Below are positions 61,519-64,000 of a stretch of DNA of 64,000 nt, piece after piece. Numbering within the stretch: the first letter of the stretch is position 1; each line of letters begins with the position of its first letter. Origin of the DNA: Cenarchaeum sp. (GTDB taxonomy: Archaea > Thermoproteota > Nitrososphaeria > Nitrososphaerales > Nitrosopumilaceae). The position numbers and the translations under genes were made by a program. The notes under the pieces were generated by a model, which was not told the DNA's origin, searched no databases, and saw only the letters and a list, made by a program, of their open reading frames with translations. The stretch spans positions 448,001-512,000 of the forward strand of contig OZ242221.1 of assembly GCA_965206845.1 (NCBI GenBank), read 5' to 3'.

Positions 61519-62781
61519 ATGGTTCAGGGTGTGGCATTGGATACTTTTGATCTGGTGGTGGTAGGCGGAGGGCCCGCGGGATCCTCTGCGGCATATGCGG
61601 CCGCCCGGGCAGGCCTCGATGTTGCCCTGATAGAGAGAGAGGAGTCCATCGCGCACTCGGTCAGGACAAGCGGCGTAACATGGATGGAGTCAGTCAGGGA
61701 GTTTGGCATACCGGCTGACTGCTACAACCCGATAAGGAACTATGCCTTCTGCTCCCCGGGCAACAGGGTGGAGATATCAGACGATACTCCCAGGGCGGCA
61801 GTGCTGGACGTCCGAGGGACGTACAGGTTTCTAGCAAAGCAGGCGCAGGGGCATGGCGCCAAGATCTTTCTCAGCACCAGGGTGACCGGTGTGCGTAGGG
61901 ACGACGGCGGGAGAATCTGCGGGGTGACCGCAACGTCCCCGGACGAGGAGGTCGAGTTTCGCTCCAGAATGGTGATTGACGCCAGCGGCTTTGCATCCGT
62001 AGTTGCCAGGTCCATGTCGCTGGTGAACCGGTGGAGGAGGTTCGGCGTCGGCGCCGAGTGGGAGGTGAGGGTGGAGAGCCTGCGCCCGGACACCTGGTGG
62101 CTCATGGTCGGGGAGCAGTACTCCCCTGCGGGGTACGCCTGGATATTTCCGGTGGGCCGCAACACGGCCCGAATCGGCGTGGGCGTGGGAAGGCCGGAGT
62201 CAGAGGCCGACCCAGTCGAGAAGCTCCGGGACATAATGGAGAGGGGGGTGGGACCCATAGGGGAGCTTGGCAGGATCGAGCCCATCGAGTTCCACTACGG
62301 CCTGATCCCCAACGAGGGGCTGATAAGAAAGACAGTGTACGACAACCTGATTCTGGTGGGCGACTCGGCGGGGCAGGCAAACCCGCTGGTGCTTGAGGGA
62401 ATAAGATATGCGGTGCGGTATGGCAGGGTTGCCGGGCAGGTGGCAGCCGACGCGATACGCCGCAATGACACCTCGGAAGGGTCGCTTGAACCATACGAGA
62501 AACGATGGCGCCGCGACATCCAGTCCAAGGTAAACTCTGCGGGAAGGGTGCAGAGCAGGTGGATCGGCCTGACTGACCGGCAGTGGGACCGGGAGCTTGA
62601 CATAATCCGGGAGCTGTCCGCAGACGAGTTCCTGGACTTTATCAGGGCCGACTTTGGCCTGTCAGATGCGGTAAGGCTGGCAGCGCGCCACCCGCGGCTG
62701 GCAGTCCGGCAGCTCTTTGGCATGGCAAGGCAGCGGAGCCATGCGGCAGCCGGCGACGCACATCCGGCAGACTCCCAGTGA
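61519..62781 (+). CDS. Geranylgeranyl-reductase-family FAD oxidoreductase
   Basis: VVGGGPAG, IDASG, PAGYAWIFP, VGDSAG..NP...EGI. Confidence 0.85.
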   Translation: MVQGVALDTFDLVVVGGGPAGSSAAYAAARAGLDVALIEREESIAHSVRTSGVTWMESVREFGIPADCYNPIRNYAFCSPGNRVEISDDTPRAAVLDVRGTYRFLAKQAQGHGAKIFLSTRVTGVRRDDGGRICGVTATSPDEEVEFRSRMVIDASGFASVVARSMSLVNRWRRFGVGAEWEVRVESLRPDTWWLMVGEQYSPAGYAWIFPVGRNTARIGVGVGRPESEADPVEKLRDIMERGVGPIGELGRIEPIEFHYGLIPNEGLIRKTVYDNLILVGDSAGQANPLVLEGIRYAVRYGRVAGQVAADAIRRNDTSEGSLEPYEKRWRRDIQSKVNSAGRVQSRWIGLTDRQWDRELDIIRELSADEFLDFIRADFGLSDAVRLAARHPRLAVRQLFGMARQRSHAAAGDAHPADSQ

Positions 62782-62842
62782 CAGGTGACTTTCGCTACCC
62801 GACAACAATTTAATTGACACAAGCCAGGAGTCAGGCAGTCAC

Positions 62843-63508
62843 ATGCCCGGCACTCCCACCACACCCGATCCTGCACCCGCGACAGACGGAGTAAGCCGGC
62901 TGTTTGATCAATGGGCCGAGAGCGGACGCTCAGAGCACCTGGAAAGAGAGCACTCCAAGACCGTCCTGAAGTTTCTGGATGGGATCCGCTTCAGGGACTC
63001 GTTCTCATTTCTGGACGTGGGCTGCGGAAACGGGTGGGTGGTAAGGCGGGTGGCCCAGATGGGTTCCTGCAGGCGCGCCGTAGGAATAGACAAGAGCCCG
63101 GGCATGATCAAAAAGGCGGTATCAAGACGGCAGAGTGGCAAGGAGAGCTACCGCGCAACGGATGTCGAGTCCGTAAGATCTGGCAGGTTCGACTATGTCT
63201 TCTCCATGGAGACCATATACTATGCGGCGTCGGTCGAGGCGGCGGTCAGGAAGATATACCGGTTGCTAAAACCCGGCGGGGTGTTCTTCTGCGGCACGGA
63301 CTTTTACAGTGACAACCGGGCCACAAACAGGTGGGCAGGCACATGCCCTGTCAAGGTGCATCTGCTGTCGCGCAGCGAGTGGAGGAGTCTCTTTGAGGAT
63401 GCCGGCTTTGAGACAAGAACCATGCAGGTAAAAGACGAGGATGAACGCCGCAGATGGAAGAGGGAGCAGGGAACACTGTTCATTGTCGGGACGAGGCCCG
63501 GCCCCTGA
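62843..63508 (+). CDS. Class I SAM-dependent methyltransferase
   Basis: LDVGCGNG, GIDKS, FDYVFSME, LKPGG. Confidence 0.88.
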   Translation: MPGTPTTPDPAPATDGVSRLFDQWAESGRSEHLEREHSKTVLKFLDGIRFRDSFSFLDVGCGNGWVVRRVAQMGSCRRAVGIDKSPGMIKKAVSRRQSGKESYRATDVESVRSGRFDYVFSMETIYYAASVEAAVRKIYRLLKPGGVFFCGTDFYSDNRATNRWAGTCPVKVHLLSRSEWRSLFEDAGFETRTMQVKDEDERRRWKREQGTLFIVGTRPGP

Positions 63509-64000
63509 CCTTTACCAGGTATACGGCGATGGCAGCGGCCACCGCTGCCGCCACTCCCACAAGCGCATACACATACTCCTGGCCGCCTGCATCTGATGCG
63601 CCCGTATCCTCTGCCTTCACATCCAAGATTCCGCGATCCACTTCCAGCGCCAGGAAGCTGATGGTGTAGATGTCAGGCCGGAGCACCTCGTCAGATATCA
63701 CGAACAGCTTCAGCTCGTTCGAGCCCGGCCGCAGCATGGAGGATGTGTCCCCATCCAGCACCAGCGTGAACTCATCGTCCAGAATGCTGTCGGTGCCTGT
63801 CAGTATCTGCTCCCCCAAGGCGTTTGTCACAAAGTAGTGAATCGTGGTGGCATCCTTGGTTGTAACAGGGATCTGGGCCTCATTGCCGATCTGGATCACG
63901 TCCGGAAGCTGCACCGAGAGTATCTCGGGAAATTTGCCCTCCTCAAAGGCTGCCCAGTGGCCCGCCTCAATGGGATATGACGGGTCGTCAAAGGCACGGA
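63480..64000 (-). CDS. C-terminus of a membrane-anchored exported protein (probably an ABC peptide-binding protein); continues beyond the window
   Basis: The frame is open to the window edge, with an Ig-like C-terminal region, a TM helix and a basic tail. Confidence 0.6.
   Translation of the reverse strand, partial: RAFDDPSYPIEAGHWAAFEEGKFPEILSVQLPDVIQIGNEAQIPVTTKDATTIHYFVTNALGEQILTGTDSILDDEFTLVLDGDTSSMLRPGSNELKLFVISDEVLRPDIYTISFLALEVDRGILDVKAEDTGASDAGGQEYVYALVGVAAAVAAAIAVYLVKVRGRASSRQ

Overview
This is chromosomal DNA of an ammonia-oxidizing archaeon (Nitrososphaerota, Nitrosopumilaceae-like). The GC-rich core genes, Cenarchaeum-type giant repeat protein and heavy IS load suggest a host-associated lineage such as a sponge symbiont (inference). 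Core content: the LysW-dependent lysine/arginine pathway (lysY/Z/J, Lrp regulator, homocitrate synthase, lysW, lysX, lysK), dph5, ribL, ribK, dnaG, erpA, two 3HP/4HB carbon-fixation genes, rfcL, IMPase, tRNA-Asp, tRNA-Ser, an Elf1-like gene missed by the ORF track, rsmA, rpo4, rpl21e and radA. Accessory content: a sulfotransferase-containing glycan locus with three GT2 paralogs, an ~11-kb island (TIMP-like protein and a 2629-aa repeat adhesin) inside the lys gene cluster, a tyrosine recombinase, and many IS5, IS630, IS66 and IS110 elements or remnants. The main finding is a 2644-bp element (41344-43987) bounded by 20-bp imperfect terminal inverted repeats and an 8-bp target-site duplication. 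It carries a decayed IS6-like DDE transposase and an apparently intact, enlarged TnpB whose predicted omega-RNA scaffold ends in the right TIR. This would be an RNA-guided nuclease carried by a TIR/TSD (DDE) transposon instead of an IS200/IS605 or IS607 element. All family assignments come from motifs recognised by eye; no database searches were run.
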